Assembly (NCBI GenBank): GCA_035935655.1
Contig: DASYWW010000062.1
Coordinates: forward strand, 270,632-334,631
Length of the DNA stretch: 64,000 bases
Source: Candidatus Bathyarchaeia archaeon
GTDB taxonomy: Archaea; Thermoproteota; Bathyarchaeia; 40CM-2-53-6
Direction: 5' to 3'
Below, piece after piece: positions 56,755-64,000 of the stretch. How positions within the stretch are numbered: the stretch's first letter is position 1; each line of letters starts with the position of its first letter. Under the pieces are notes generated by a model. That model made no database searches. It saw only the letters and a program-made list of their open reading frames with translations, and had not been told where the DNA came from. Made by a program: the position numbers and the translations under genes.

Positions 56755-57537
56755 ATGCCTCAGCTCCCACTACAGCCCAGTACTCAGAATATTGGCCGTA
56801 GGGTCAGTTCGGGAATTTCAGGTCTCGACGCGCTTCTCGATGGCGGCTTCCCAGAGGGCAAAGTAATCCTAGTTCTAGGCGAACCGGGAACAGGCAAGAC
56901 GATTCTAGTGTCCCAATTCCTTCACAATGGGGTAACTCGGCAGGGAGACAAGGCAGTCTATGTAGGAATGAACGAACCCAAGACCCGGTTCATAGCCGAG
57001 ATGATGAGCCTCAGCATGGACTTTACCAATCTCGAGAGCCAGGGCAAGTTTGGATATGTTGACGCGACAGAGGTCCGACGCATCCCAGAACAAGCAAAGG
57101 TTGGAAGAATCCCCGTCGGTGGAAGAGAGCTAGGTCTGGTCAATCTTATCGATCTCGTCCAAGAGGGAATCGACAAGGTCTCGCCTAAGAGGGTGGTTGT
57201 AGATTCAATATCGGACCTTGTCTTTCGTTTTCCGCAGATAGAAGAGCGACGACCGGCGGTTCTCGACATCGTTGAGGTGTTGCAGTCGACCGGAACAACG
57301 TGTCTCTTGACAAGCGAGCTTCCGACAACAGGAGAGGATAGGGTGTTGCAACCGGAAGAGTATCTTGCCGAAGGCGTCATTCTTCTACGTATTCTCAGGA
57401 AAGGAGTCCGGACCCTTCAGGTCTTGAAGATGCGAGGATCCAAAGTTGACACCACTCCGCGTCCTTATGTGATTAAGAACACTGGTCTCGAGGTCTATTC
57501 GACCGAGGAAGTTTACGGGCAGTCAACGGAGAAATGA
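56755..57537 (+). CDS. single-domain KaiC/RadA-like ATPase
   Basis: Walker A GEPGTGKT and Walker B-like RVVVDSISDL. ..LKMRGSK.. is typical of KaiC-family proteins. Confidence 0.85.
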   Translation: MPQLPLQPSTQNIGRRVSSGISGLDALLDGGFPEGKVILVLGEPGTGKTILVSQFLHNGVTRQGDKAVYVGMNEPKTRFIAEMMSLSMDFTNLESQGKFGYVDATEVRRIPEQAKVGRIPVGGRELGLVNLIDLVQEGIDKVSPKRVVVDSISDLVFRFPQIEERRPAVLDIVEVLQSTGTTCLLTSELPTTGEDRVLQPEEYLAEGVILLRILRKGVRTLQVLKMRGSKVDTTPRPYVIKNTGLEVYSTEEVYGQSTEK

Positions 57538-58316
57538 GCCAAGCCAAGAGAGAGTCAACACCCGTTCCAGACCAAGTCATCGAAGTACTCAAGAACGCCA
57601 AGATCGGATACCTCTCCGTCCTGTCCAAGAGCGAAGAGCTCTACAGCTACCCCGTAGCCTTCCACTATTCAGATCAAAAACTCTACTTTATGACGCCTAT
57701 CAGTGCGGCTAAGTTCAAGATTCTCAAGGCTAACCCGACAGTTTCGTTCATCGTCGACAATGGAAAGGTGACCACTGAAGCCTGTGGCGCGATGGTCCAA
57801 GGAAAGTCAAAGATCTTCACGATCGGCCGAACCCTAGTCTCCATCCTCTCTGTCGGACCGAAAATGATCGGCTTCACCAAAAAGTATCCGGGAATGTTAT
57901 CTTTCTATGCACGTGGAAAGGAGCTTCCGGACGAGCGGAAGCTGTACAAGTACCGATTGATCAGAATAGATCCTTCGAAGATTATCTATTGGCTCGGCTA
58001 CAAGTTCGGCAGGTTCGTCCCAAGGACCCAGCCAAGCAAAACGGGTCATTCGCTCAGACTTTCCAAAGACGAATCTGGTCTGGAGTTGTCGGCAAAACTT
58101 CTCGAATCATCAAATGATGAAGACGTCCTGGTCGGCCCCGTGGGCCTGGGGCATGATTGGATAGCCGGATTAGACTCAAGCGTCTCCGAAGGAACACTAT
58201 CCGACCAAGAGAGAAAGATGCTTGGCAGTTTCAGAGGCCAAGTCTCTCCAGTAGCGGTTGCAGGTGCAGCCGTCAGTGGAGAGGAGAAGAACCTGCTTAG
58301 GATGTCGAAACGCTAG
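57534..58316 (+). CDS. PNPOx-like split-barrel domain protein with ~100-aa C-terminal extension
   Basis: ..IGYLSVLSKSEELYSYPVAFHY.. and ..ILKANPTVSFIVD... Its ATG overlaps the KaiC-like stop (ATGA). Confidence 0.65.
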   Translation: MSQAKRESTPVPDQVIEVLKNAKIGYLSVLSKSEELYSYPVAFHYSDQKLYFMTPISAAKFKILKANPTVSFIVDNGKVTTEACGAMVQGKSKIFTIGRTLVSILSVGPKMIGFTKKYPGMLSFYARGKELPDERKLYKYRLIRIDPSKIIYWLGYKFGRFVPRTQPSKTGHSLRLSKDESGLELSAKLLESSNDEDVLVGPVGLGHDWIAGLDSSVSEGTLSDQERKMLGSFRGQVSPVAVAGAAVSGEEKNLLRMSKR

Positions 58317-59049
58317 CTCCAATCTGTAACGCCCCAGCATCTTCCACTGCGGATATGTGTCCCAATAGGATTAGCGACTTGGCGCTTTTGTAAAGAGAAA
58401 ACGCGCCGACGGCCACGATCGCAAAGGTGAGCACCTGTGAAAGATTCAATTGCGTGAGCAGTTGGATCTCGGATAGAGGCATTTCCGCCTGGCTGGCAAG
58501 CCAGAGGAAGAAGGTGCAGAGTCCTGTCCAAACAAGATGCTTCCTTAGGGTAGCGTCTCCTGATCTTCTTGCGCTGATCAGCAGCCCCAATGCCCCGATG
58601 AACAGAGCACCCCCATACGGAGCCACTTGCGAGAATCCCGAACTTATGGCCTGAATGACGGATGCAAGGGCACCACCGAGAGTTACAAGACCGAGAAAAT
58701 ATCTCAACTTGCTCCAGTGTAGGGTGTCCCTAGAAAGAGGATCCGATCGACGAGCCACCCGAATCGTCGTGTCCATCCATGCGAAGATGATTATGAAGCC
58801 TGACCCGATGATCGCTCCCCCTAGGATATTTACGGCGAGAGTGTTGAGGTTGAAGTATATCGCAAGGGTTAGGAACGATGATAATGCGACGAAGTAGATT
58901 CCCATCGCTACGACCCAGGATGCCTGTCTTCTGTATAGGCCGCGAACTAGAGCCCTTCTGATAATGAAAGCCCAATAGGCGGCGTACGAAAAGAGCACAG
59001 AGACTAGGAGCCAAGATGCAAAGAAAATCGTTGAAAGCTCACTTGGCAT
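58297..59049 (-). CDS. hypothetical 7-TM membrane protein
   Basis: Seven hydrophobic helices. The ATG at 59049 lies inside the last codons of the upstream KaiC-like gene (ATGCCAAGTGA). Confidence 0.6.
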   Translation of the reverse strand: MPSELSTIFFASWLLVSVLFSYAAYWAFIIRRALVRGLYRRQASWVVAMGIYFVALSSFLTLAIYFNLNTLAVNILGGAIIGSGFIIIFAWMDTTIRVARRSDPLSRDTLHWSKLRYFLGLVTLGGALASVIQAISSGFSQVAPYGGALFIGALGLLISARRSGDATLRKHLVWTGLCTFFLWLASQAEMPLSEIQLLTQLNLSQVLTFAIVAVGAFSLYKSAKSLILLGHISAVEDAGALQIGASVSTS

Positions 59050-59767
59050 ATGCTGTAATCTCCATTCTCTGATGTGTGAATGCAAAGTTGTAAAATCCAG
59101 GCAGAGGAGGCAGTCCCCGCATCTTCAGTATTCTCAGAAGGGGACGAATTCTCAACCCCTCTTCGTATAGACGAAGTTCGAGGACGCCATCGAAGAGCTG
59201 TTCCATCGCGGCTAGAACTTGCGGTTGGTGCATTCGATCCTCAAGGGTCGCCAACACCACTGAGTTGTACTGTTTCATTTCCGACAACAGTTGTGTTAGA
59301 AAGCGATAGATGGTCTCTGGCGAGTTCAGCATTAGCAGCGGGGATAGGACATCGGTTACGATCCGGGCTGGCTTCTCGCCGTTTTTCTTCAGAATCTCCT
59401 TGATGCTGAACGACAATCCCGGGAGGTCGTTAATGTCGACCTTTGTCTGGCCGCCCTCTCTTGCAAACCAGACTGTTGGTCCTTTGATCTCTGCACCGAA
59501 CGCCTTCACGTCCTGAATTATCTCTGAAACAGCTAACCTAGTGACATAGAGGCAAAAGTCGCCCTGTGAGAGCCCGGCTTGAGTAAACCAGTAGCCCAGG
59601 GCCTCTTTCCCGATGCCCGGCGGTCCGACCACCAGGATGGCCGACTTTGGAGGGTAGCCATCTTTGAGAAGATGATCCAGCTCCCCGACCCCGGTTGAGA
59701 CCAAGCGACAGCAAGCTGGAAGATGGGTCGGCGAGACTATGAAAGTTGCGCTTTCCAAAAGACCCAA
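59039..59767 (-). CDS. single-domain KaiC-like ATPase with atypical Walker A (GPPGIGKE)
   Basis: ..VGPPGIGKE.., Walker B-like RIVTDVLSPL, ..LKMRGLP... Confidence 0.8.
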   Translation of the reverse strand: MGLLESATFIVSPTHLPACCRLVSTGVGELDHLLKDGYPPKSAILVVGPPGIGKEALGYWFTQAGLSQGDFCLYVTRLAVSEIIQDVKAFGAEIKGPTVWFAREGGQTKVDINDLPGLSFSIKEILKKNGEKPARIVTDVLSPLLMLNSPETIYRFLTQLLSEMKQYNSVVLATLEDRMHQPQVLAAMEQLFDGVLELRLYEEGLRIRPLLRILKMRGLPPLPGFYNFAFTHQRMEITAYAK

Positions 59768-59788
59768 TACGGGGCCGAGATCGTTAGA

Positions 59789-60280
59789 TCAGCTCGGTAC
59801 AGCTAGGTTCAATTCGGGATATTGTTCCTGTAGCTCTTCGAGGGCTCCAGGCTTGAATATTTCTTTGAATGTTCGACGCTTGCCATCTTCGAACGTCTCC
59901 TCTGGATACCACTTCGATCCGAAAGCTATCAAGCGCAACAATATCGGCAATGTATCCACACCTTTCTCGGTAATTGACCAGCGAACAATGCCCTGTGACC
60001 CATCCTTCTCTACATGTTTCCCGATGAGCCCCTCCTCCTCAAGCTCTTTCAGCCGCACAGACAAGACCCTGGGCGTAATTCCGGGAATTGACTCAAGCAG
60101 CCGGTTGAACCGACCAATGCGACGAAATCCTATGTCCCGTAACAGTAGCATGGTCCACTTTTTGCCGAGAACTCCAAGACTCGTCTTAATGGGACATTTC
60201 GCAAATTTTACCTGCAATAGGACCAGGCGAGAGGGGTCCTGGATCTCATCGTGTTTCTGGACAGATTGTTCCATCCGCAT
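59789..60280 (-). CDS. HxlR-family winged-helix transcriptional regulator
   Basis: ..CPIKTSLGVLGKKWTMLLLRDI.. and ..ITPRVLSVRLKELEEEGLI... Confidence 0.8.
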   Translation of the reverse strand: MRMEQSVQKHDEIQDPSRLVLLQVKFAKCPIKTSLGVLGKKWTMLLLRDIGFRRIGRFNRLLESIPGITPRVLSVRLKELEEEGLIGKHVEKDGSQGIVRWSITEKGVDTLPILLRLIAFGSKWYPEETFEDGKRRTFKEIFKPGALEELQEQYPELNLAVPS

Positions 60281-60281
60281 G

Positions 60282-60295
60282 TGACCAAGTATACT
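60282..60295. promoter_or_regulatory. operator-like site next to the HxlR start
   Basis: TGACCAAGTATACT. The first 10 nt are identical to 62888..62897, and it contains the palindrome AGTATACT. Confidence 0.45.
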
Positions 60296-60310
60296 GTTGA
60301 TCCCTTACGT

Positions 60311-60320
60311 GTTTATTAAG
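60311..60320. promoter_or_regulatory. shared A/T-rich TATA element of the divergent HxlR / MFS promoters
   Basis: GTTTATTAAG lies ~29 nt upstream of the MFS ATG (60345) and ~36 nt upstream of the HxlR ATG (60280). Confidence 0.5.
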
Positions 60321-60337
60321 CTATACTAAGTATAGCT
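60319..60337. promoter_or_regulatory. perfect 9-1-9 palindrome between the TATA element and the MFS start
   Basis: AGCTATACT-a-AGTATAGCT shares the AAGTATA half-site with 60288..60295. Confidence 0.55.
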
Positions 60338-60344
60338 GTCTATC

Positions 60345-61946
60345 ATGAGTTCCACATCAGCCTCATCTCAACGTGCAATTCTTGCGCCCACCCAGCTGGT
60401 ACCTCCAATCCAGACGACGAGAACCGCCCTATTCGTCATCGGTGGCGCACTACTCGCGTTGGTTCTCGGAGTGATGGATCAAAGCATCGTGGTCACGGCG
60501 GGACCTGCAATAATTCACGCGCTGCCAGGCGGTCTAGGCCTCTACCCGTGGGTCTTCACCGCGTTCATTCTAGCCCAGACAGTGTCCATGCCGATCCTCG
60601 GCAAACTCTCCGACATGTACGGACGCAAGCGATTCTTCCTAGCGGGGCTCGTCCTGTTCATGGCGGGCTCCATCCTTTCTGGCGCTTCACAAACCATTCA
60701 GCAGCTCGTCATCTTCCGAGCCATACAAGGAGTTGGAAGTGGCGCTTTCTTCTCGATCGGGCTTGCGATCATTGGAACCAGCGTCACGCCCGAGCGACGT
60801 GCGAGAGTCCTAGGACTCAGCGGAAGCGTCCTCGGTTCGGGCGCCATATTCGGTCCCACCGCCGGTTCATACCTCGTCCAATCAGTTGGCTGGCGTTGGA
60901 TATTCTACGTCAACATACCACTTGGACTCGCCGCGCTCGCGATCATCGGGATAGCTCTCCGAGAGACTCGGCTACAAGTCATGGATCGTTCGATTGACTC
61001 GTTCGGAGTTGCAACCCTAAGCGGCTGGGTCTCTCTCCTCTTACTCGGACTTCTAAATGGCGGGACAACCTATCCGTGGTTTTCCTGGCAGGAGGCTGTC
61101 TTCTTAGCTGGCTTCGCCATTTTGCTTCCGCTTTTTGTCTGGGTCGAGTCAAGGGCTAGAAACCCAATTCTTCCACTCAGTCTCTTCCGGAACCGAACGA
61201 TCTCTGCTAGTGTTGCAACTCAACTGGTCCGTGGCATGGTGTTCTACGGTGGAGTCGTCTACGTGTCACTGTTCATTCAGGGCGCTCTCGGTGGCACAAT
61301 CGATGATGTGCGTAACATTGTCTATAGCTTCGTGGTTCCATTCATCATCGGCAGCATCGTAAGCGGCCGTGTCGTCAACCGGTTCGGCTACCGCGCGGTC
61401 ACAATGTCCGGACTACTAATCGTGACTTTAGGCGCCCTGCTGCGGGTTCTCGTGGGAATCTCTCCATCGCTCGTTGAAGTCGCAATCGCCTCTCTGCCTC
61501 TAGGACTGGGGCTTGGCGTCACGCTTGCATCCGTCCTGAGTGCTTTCCAGAACTCGGTTGACCAGACGAGAATCGGCACGGCCTCTTCGCTGTCAACGTT
61601 CAGCCAGAATCTAGGCGGCGCCGTCGGGGTAGGAATCATAGGCACGATCCAACTGAACTCTTTGTCGTCAAGACTAGCCGCACTGGTTCAGCAGGCGCCT
61701 TTTCAGTATCAGGGAAAGCTCGCGGAGCTATTTGCGAATCCGAACCAAGTAGGGTTCGTTCTCAGCTCTTCCACGGGCCTCAGCGGGTCACCTTTAGCCT
61801 CGTTCCTGCCCCAGATCAGGACAGCGCTCGCCGGCTCCGTCCTCGACGCCAGCATCGGACTCCTTGTAATGAGCATTATCGCAGTGGTTGCAAGCAGCTT
61901 CGTACCAGGACGACCAAAGAAGCCATCCCTATCGCACGCACGGTGA
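60345..61946 (+). CDS. MFS transporter, 14-TM DHA2 (EmrB/QacA-like) type
   Basis: 533 aa. ..GKLSDMYGRKRFF.. (motif A-like) and ~14 TM helices. Confidence 0.88.
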   Translation: MSSTSASSQRAILAPTQLVPPIQTTRTALFVIGGALLALVLGVMDQSIVVTAGPAIIHALPGGLGLYPWVFTAFILAQTVSMPILGKLSDMYGRKRFFLAGLVLFMAGSILSGASQTIQQLVIFRAIQGVGSGAFFSIGLAIIGTSVTPERRARVLGLSGSVLGSGAIFGPTAGSYLVQSVGWRWIFYVNIPLGLAALAIIGIALRETRLQVMDRSIDSFGVATLSGWVSLLLLGLLNGGTTYPWFSWQEAVFLAGFAILLPLFVWVESRARNPILPLSLFRNRTISASVATQLVRGMVFYGGVVYVSLFIQGALGGTIDDVRNIVYSFVVPFIIGSIVSGRVVNRFGYRAVTMSGLLIVTLGALLRVLVGISPSLVEVAIASLPLGLGLGVTLASVLSAFQNSVDQTRIGTASSLSTFSQNLGGAVGVGIIGTIQLNSLSSRLAALVQQAPFQYQGKLAELFANPNQVGFVLSSSTGLSGSPLASFLPQIRTALAGSVLDASIGLLVMSIIAVVASSFVPGRPKKPSLSHAR

Positions 61947-62177
61947 GAAGCACCGCACACCATACCTAGGGGAGTCCAGGTTTTCACCGAAGACGATCCT
62001 TCGTGGAAGGCCAGGGGACCAATCGGCGAAATATCACCTATCCTTCAAGCAACAGGCGCTGAAGGAACATGGACAGGTTTCGGTCGGGCACGAGTTTCAG
62101 GCCTCCGCTGCATACATCTCCGCGGGCTCATAAATCACAGGGGAAGCTCGCGACCCAATCTATGAATGCGGTCCTCT

Positions 62178-62828
62178 TTAGAAGCCGAGTTTTTCGTTTA
62201 CAAGAATCATTGTAAGGTTTCGCCCGAATTGGGGTGGCTCCCTCTCGAGAATCAATATCTTTCCGATCATGCTTCCAGGGTATCCTTGGCTCTTCATTCT
62301 AGCGGTCTCAAGGGGCAATGCGTGCTCTCGCACTCTTCTCAGAGCTTCCTCGAGGCTTCGGACAATTTTGTGAGCGCCGACAACCCATACTACGTTTCTC
62401 GCATTGAACGCGTAGGCTGGTATCTGGCTACCGCTCGCGCTGGCGACTACGATCTCTCCGGTTTCAGCAACCGCTTGGACGCTTCCGATGAAGTATTCTG
62501 CCCCTGTCGCCTTGACTCGGAGGCTTCTCTGCTTCGAGGGGTCCTTTTCGGCCATTAGTTCTTGTTTCAGGTTTTTCCACTTGGGTGCTCCTGACTTGAG
62601 AAGTTCGGTGAAGCCGATCTGGTCGAGACTGGTGGACGCGCCTGTCATTACTTCGGCGCCCTCAGGGATTCTCGCTGTGATTAGCTTGAGAGCGTCACTG
62701 TCAGTGTTGACGAGTTCGGCGTTGATTCCTCTGTTCTTCAACGCGTCGATGGTTCGAGTGATGGTCTGCTTGTCGGGTAACCTGTCCCATTTCACGTTGC
62801 TAGGAGTTACTGTTTCGATTGTGCTCAT
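62178..62828 (-). CDS. LUD-domain (LutC/YkgG-like) protein
   Basis: ..FIGSVQAVAETGEIVVASASGSQ.. and ..VWVVGAHKIV.. are typical of DUF162/LUD. Confidence 0.75.
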   Translation of the reverse strand: MSTIETVTPSNVKWDRLPDKQTITRTIDALKNRGINAELVNTDSDALKLITARIPEGAEVMTGASTSLDQIGFTELLKSGAPKWKNLKQELMAEKDPSKQRSLRVKATGAEYFIGSVQAVAETGEIVVASASGSQIPAYAFNARNVVWVVGAHKIVRSLEEALRRVREHALPLETARMKSQGYPGSMIGKILILEREPPQFGRNLTMILVNEKLGF

Positions 62829-62876
62829 TCAATCGCACCTTGCCCCTACTGGCGTTTGATTCAACATATATGGTTA

Positions 62877-62900
62877 GTAGTTAATCCTGACCAAGTAGGT
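62877..62900. promoter_or_regulatory. bipartite operator-like motif (copy B)
   Basis: GTAGTTAA-TCCTG-ACCAAGTAGGT lies in the LUD / SnoaL intergenic region. See copy A at 44068..44091. Confidence 0.5.
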
Positions 62901-63157
62901 CAAGCCAACTTAACCGCATGAACTCGTCGGTCCCGACTTCGACCCCCATACAATACCAAATCATCACTACACCGGCGGATGGGCCTGATGCTCAAACTCC
63001 GAGACGATGAAAGATTCCACATGGTGTAACTTTTGTCGGAATCATCGCCATTTTCTTCTCTTATTTTCTGTCAGTCTTGGGGTATCCGGGGGCGACCCAC
63101 GAAAAGGTTAGGAAGAAGAATCATCTCGGGTACCAGCGCGCTGAGAAGTGCTACAAG

Positions 63158-63583
63158 ATGAGAGACAAGTATGCAGAATTTGAAGCCCTCAACCCCTTCT
63201 TCGACATCGTTCTGAAAGGACTCAAGGGGCTGGTCGACGGTAACCATTTTTTTGAGACATTCACTGACGACGCTATTTTGGAGTTCCGCTACGAGTTTCC
63301 CGGATGGCCAGCAAAGATTCGAGGCGGGAAGGGGTACATGAAGGCATTAACCGGATACGGTGACAACATTAGGCTCCACTCTGCGAATCATCTTGTTGTG
63401 CATCGCAGCCAGGACAGCCGCGTCATCATCATCGAATATCAAACCCACGGGAAGGTCCTTGCCACCGGCGCTTCCTACGACAACCGGTTCATCTCGGTCA
63501 TCACGATCGAAAACAGAAAGATCGTCCACTGGGTCGACTACATGGATTCTCTCGCAGCCTGGAAAGCGCTGGGCGGCGAGTAA
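63158..63583 (+). CDS. SnoaL/NTF2-like fold protein
   Basis: ~141 aa from the internal ATG. ..FISVITIENRKIVHWVDYMD.. is typical of SnoaL-like polyketide cyclase/NTF2 domains. The ORF is open from 63077. Confidence 0.55.
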   Translation: MRDKYAEFEALNPFFDIVLKGLKGLVDGNHFFETFTDDAILEFRYEFPGWPAKIRGGKGYMKALTGYGDNIRLHSANHLVVHRSQDSRVIIIEYQTHGKVLATGASYDNRFISVITIENRKIVHWVDYMDSLAAWKALGGE

Positions 63584-63622
63584 GATTGATTTCGACGCCG
63601 CTTATTCCGGCATTGTCTCTGG

Positions 63623-63988
63623 CTAGTGAGAGAGTCTCGCTGGGCTACTCGCAACGATCTCTTGTGGCGGCGTTATCCATCTCTCTCCCCACACCCTAAG
63701 CGCTTCTACAACGGGCTCCAATTGCCTACCTTTCTCTGTAAGAGAATACTGCACAGCAACTGGCTGAGTACCCAAAACCTCTCTACGAATAATGTCTTCT
63801 GACGCGAGATATTTCAGGACGCGGGAAAGACTCTTTGGATCGAGGCCCACAGCGACATCGAGTATTCCACTGAATCTCAAGGGCCCCTGGATCAGCGAGC
63901 TGACTACGGCCAGCCGCAATTCGTTTCCCACCTTCGTAATTGATTCAATTGCCGGACAAGCACTATGATTTCTGGACACGCGATTCAT
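63623..63988 (-). CDS. HxlR-family transcriptional regulator
   Basis: ..CPAIESITKVGNELRLAVVSSL.. and ..DPKSLSRVLKYLASEDII.. , ..VQYSLTEKGRQL.. Confidence 0.75.
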   Translation of the reverse strand: MNRVSRNHSACPAIESITKVGNELRLAVVSSLIQGPLRFSGILDVAVGLDPKSLSRVLKYLASEDIIRREVLGTQPVAVQYSLTEKGRQLEPVVEALRVWGERWITPPQEIVASSPARLSH

Positions 63989-64000
63989 CGCTGCTCTCTC

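Noticed and set aside
1-64000. Search for CRISPR arrays, rRNA genes, integrases/transposases and long tandem or terminal inverted repeats.
   Set aside because: None were seen by eye. The only repeat with mobile-element character is the 34-nt tRNA-derived direct repeat at 40088 and 41055, reported as a finding.

Overview
The window is archaeal chromosomal DNA, about 50% GC. It is densely coded on both strands, with many TTG/GTG starts and TATA boxes about 25-30 nt upstream of start codons, which suggests leaderless mRNAs. Archaeal hallmarks include TFB, TBP, aSUI1, a thermosome-like chaperonin, a two-subunit 2-oxoacid:ferredoxin oxidoreductase, an EndA-family tRNA-splicing endonuclease subunit and KaiC-like ATPases. 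The gene content, cupredoxins and heavy non-canonical tRNA intron load suggest a TACK/Thermoproteota-type archaeon, but that placement is inference only. Most genes are housekeeping or metabolic: fumC, hisS, ilvE, mtnA, dcd, aminotransferase, HMG-CoA synthase, an ABC-2 exporter, MFS and CPA2 transporters, and M3B and S53 peptidases. I saw no rRNA genes, CRISPR arrays, integrases or transposases. The most unusual observations are listed here. (1) All six complete tRNA genes are interrupted, with at least 13 inferred introns, mostly at non-canonical positions. tRNA-Tyr is 213 nt with 3-4 insertions and tRNA-Asp is 178 nt with 3. (2) The EndA-family gene lacks the catalytic Tyr and His, so it looks like the structural subunit of a heteromeric endonuclease. 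(3) A roughly 1-kb segment is bracketed by a 34-nt direct repeat of a tRNA 3' end. It consists of an orphan tRNA 3' half, an HTH-LAGLIDADG endonuclease-like ORF and an intact tRNA-Arg(UCG). (4) A Tat-dependent two-subunit GMC flavoprotein dehydrogenase sits next to two membrane-anchored cupredoxins and no cytochrome c gene. (5) Two KaiC-like ATPases are arranged convergently, and each overlaps the start of a non-ATPase partner gene. (6) A thermosome paralog has degenerate nucleotide-binding and hydrolysis motifs. (7) A class I terpene-synthase-like ORF is present. (8) A 24-nt bipartite motif and related palindromes recur in three promoter regions near HxlR-family regulators. All functional calls come from reading the translated ORFs and the sequence by eye. 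No database search was run.
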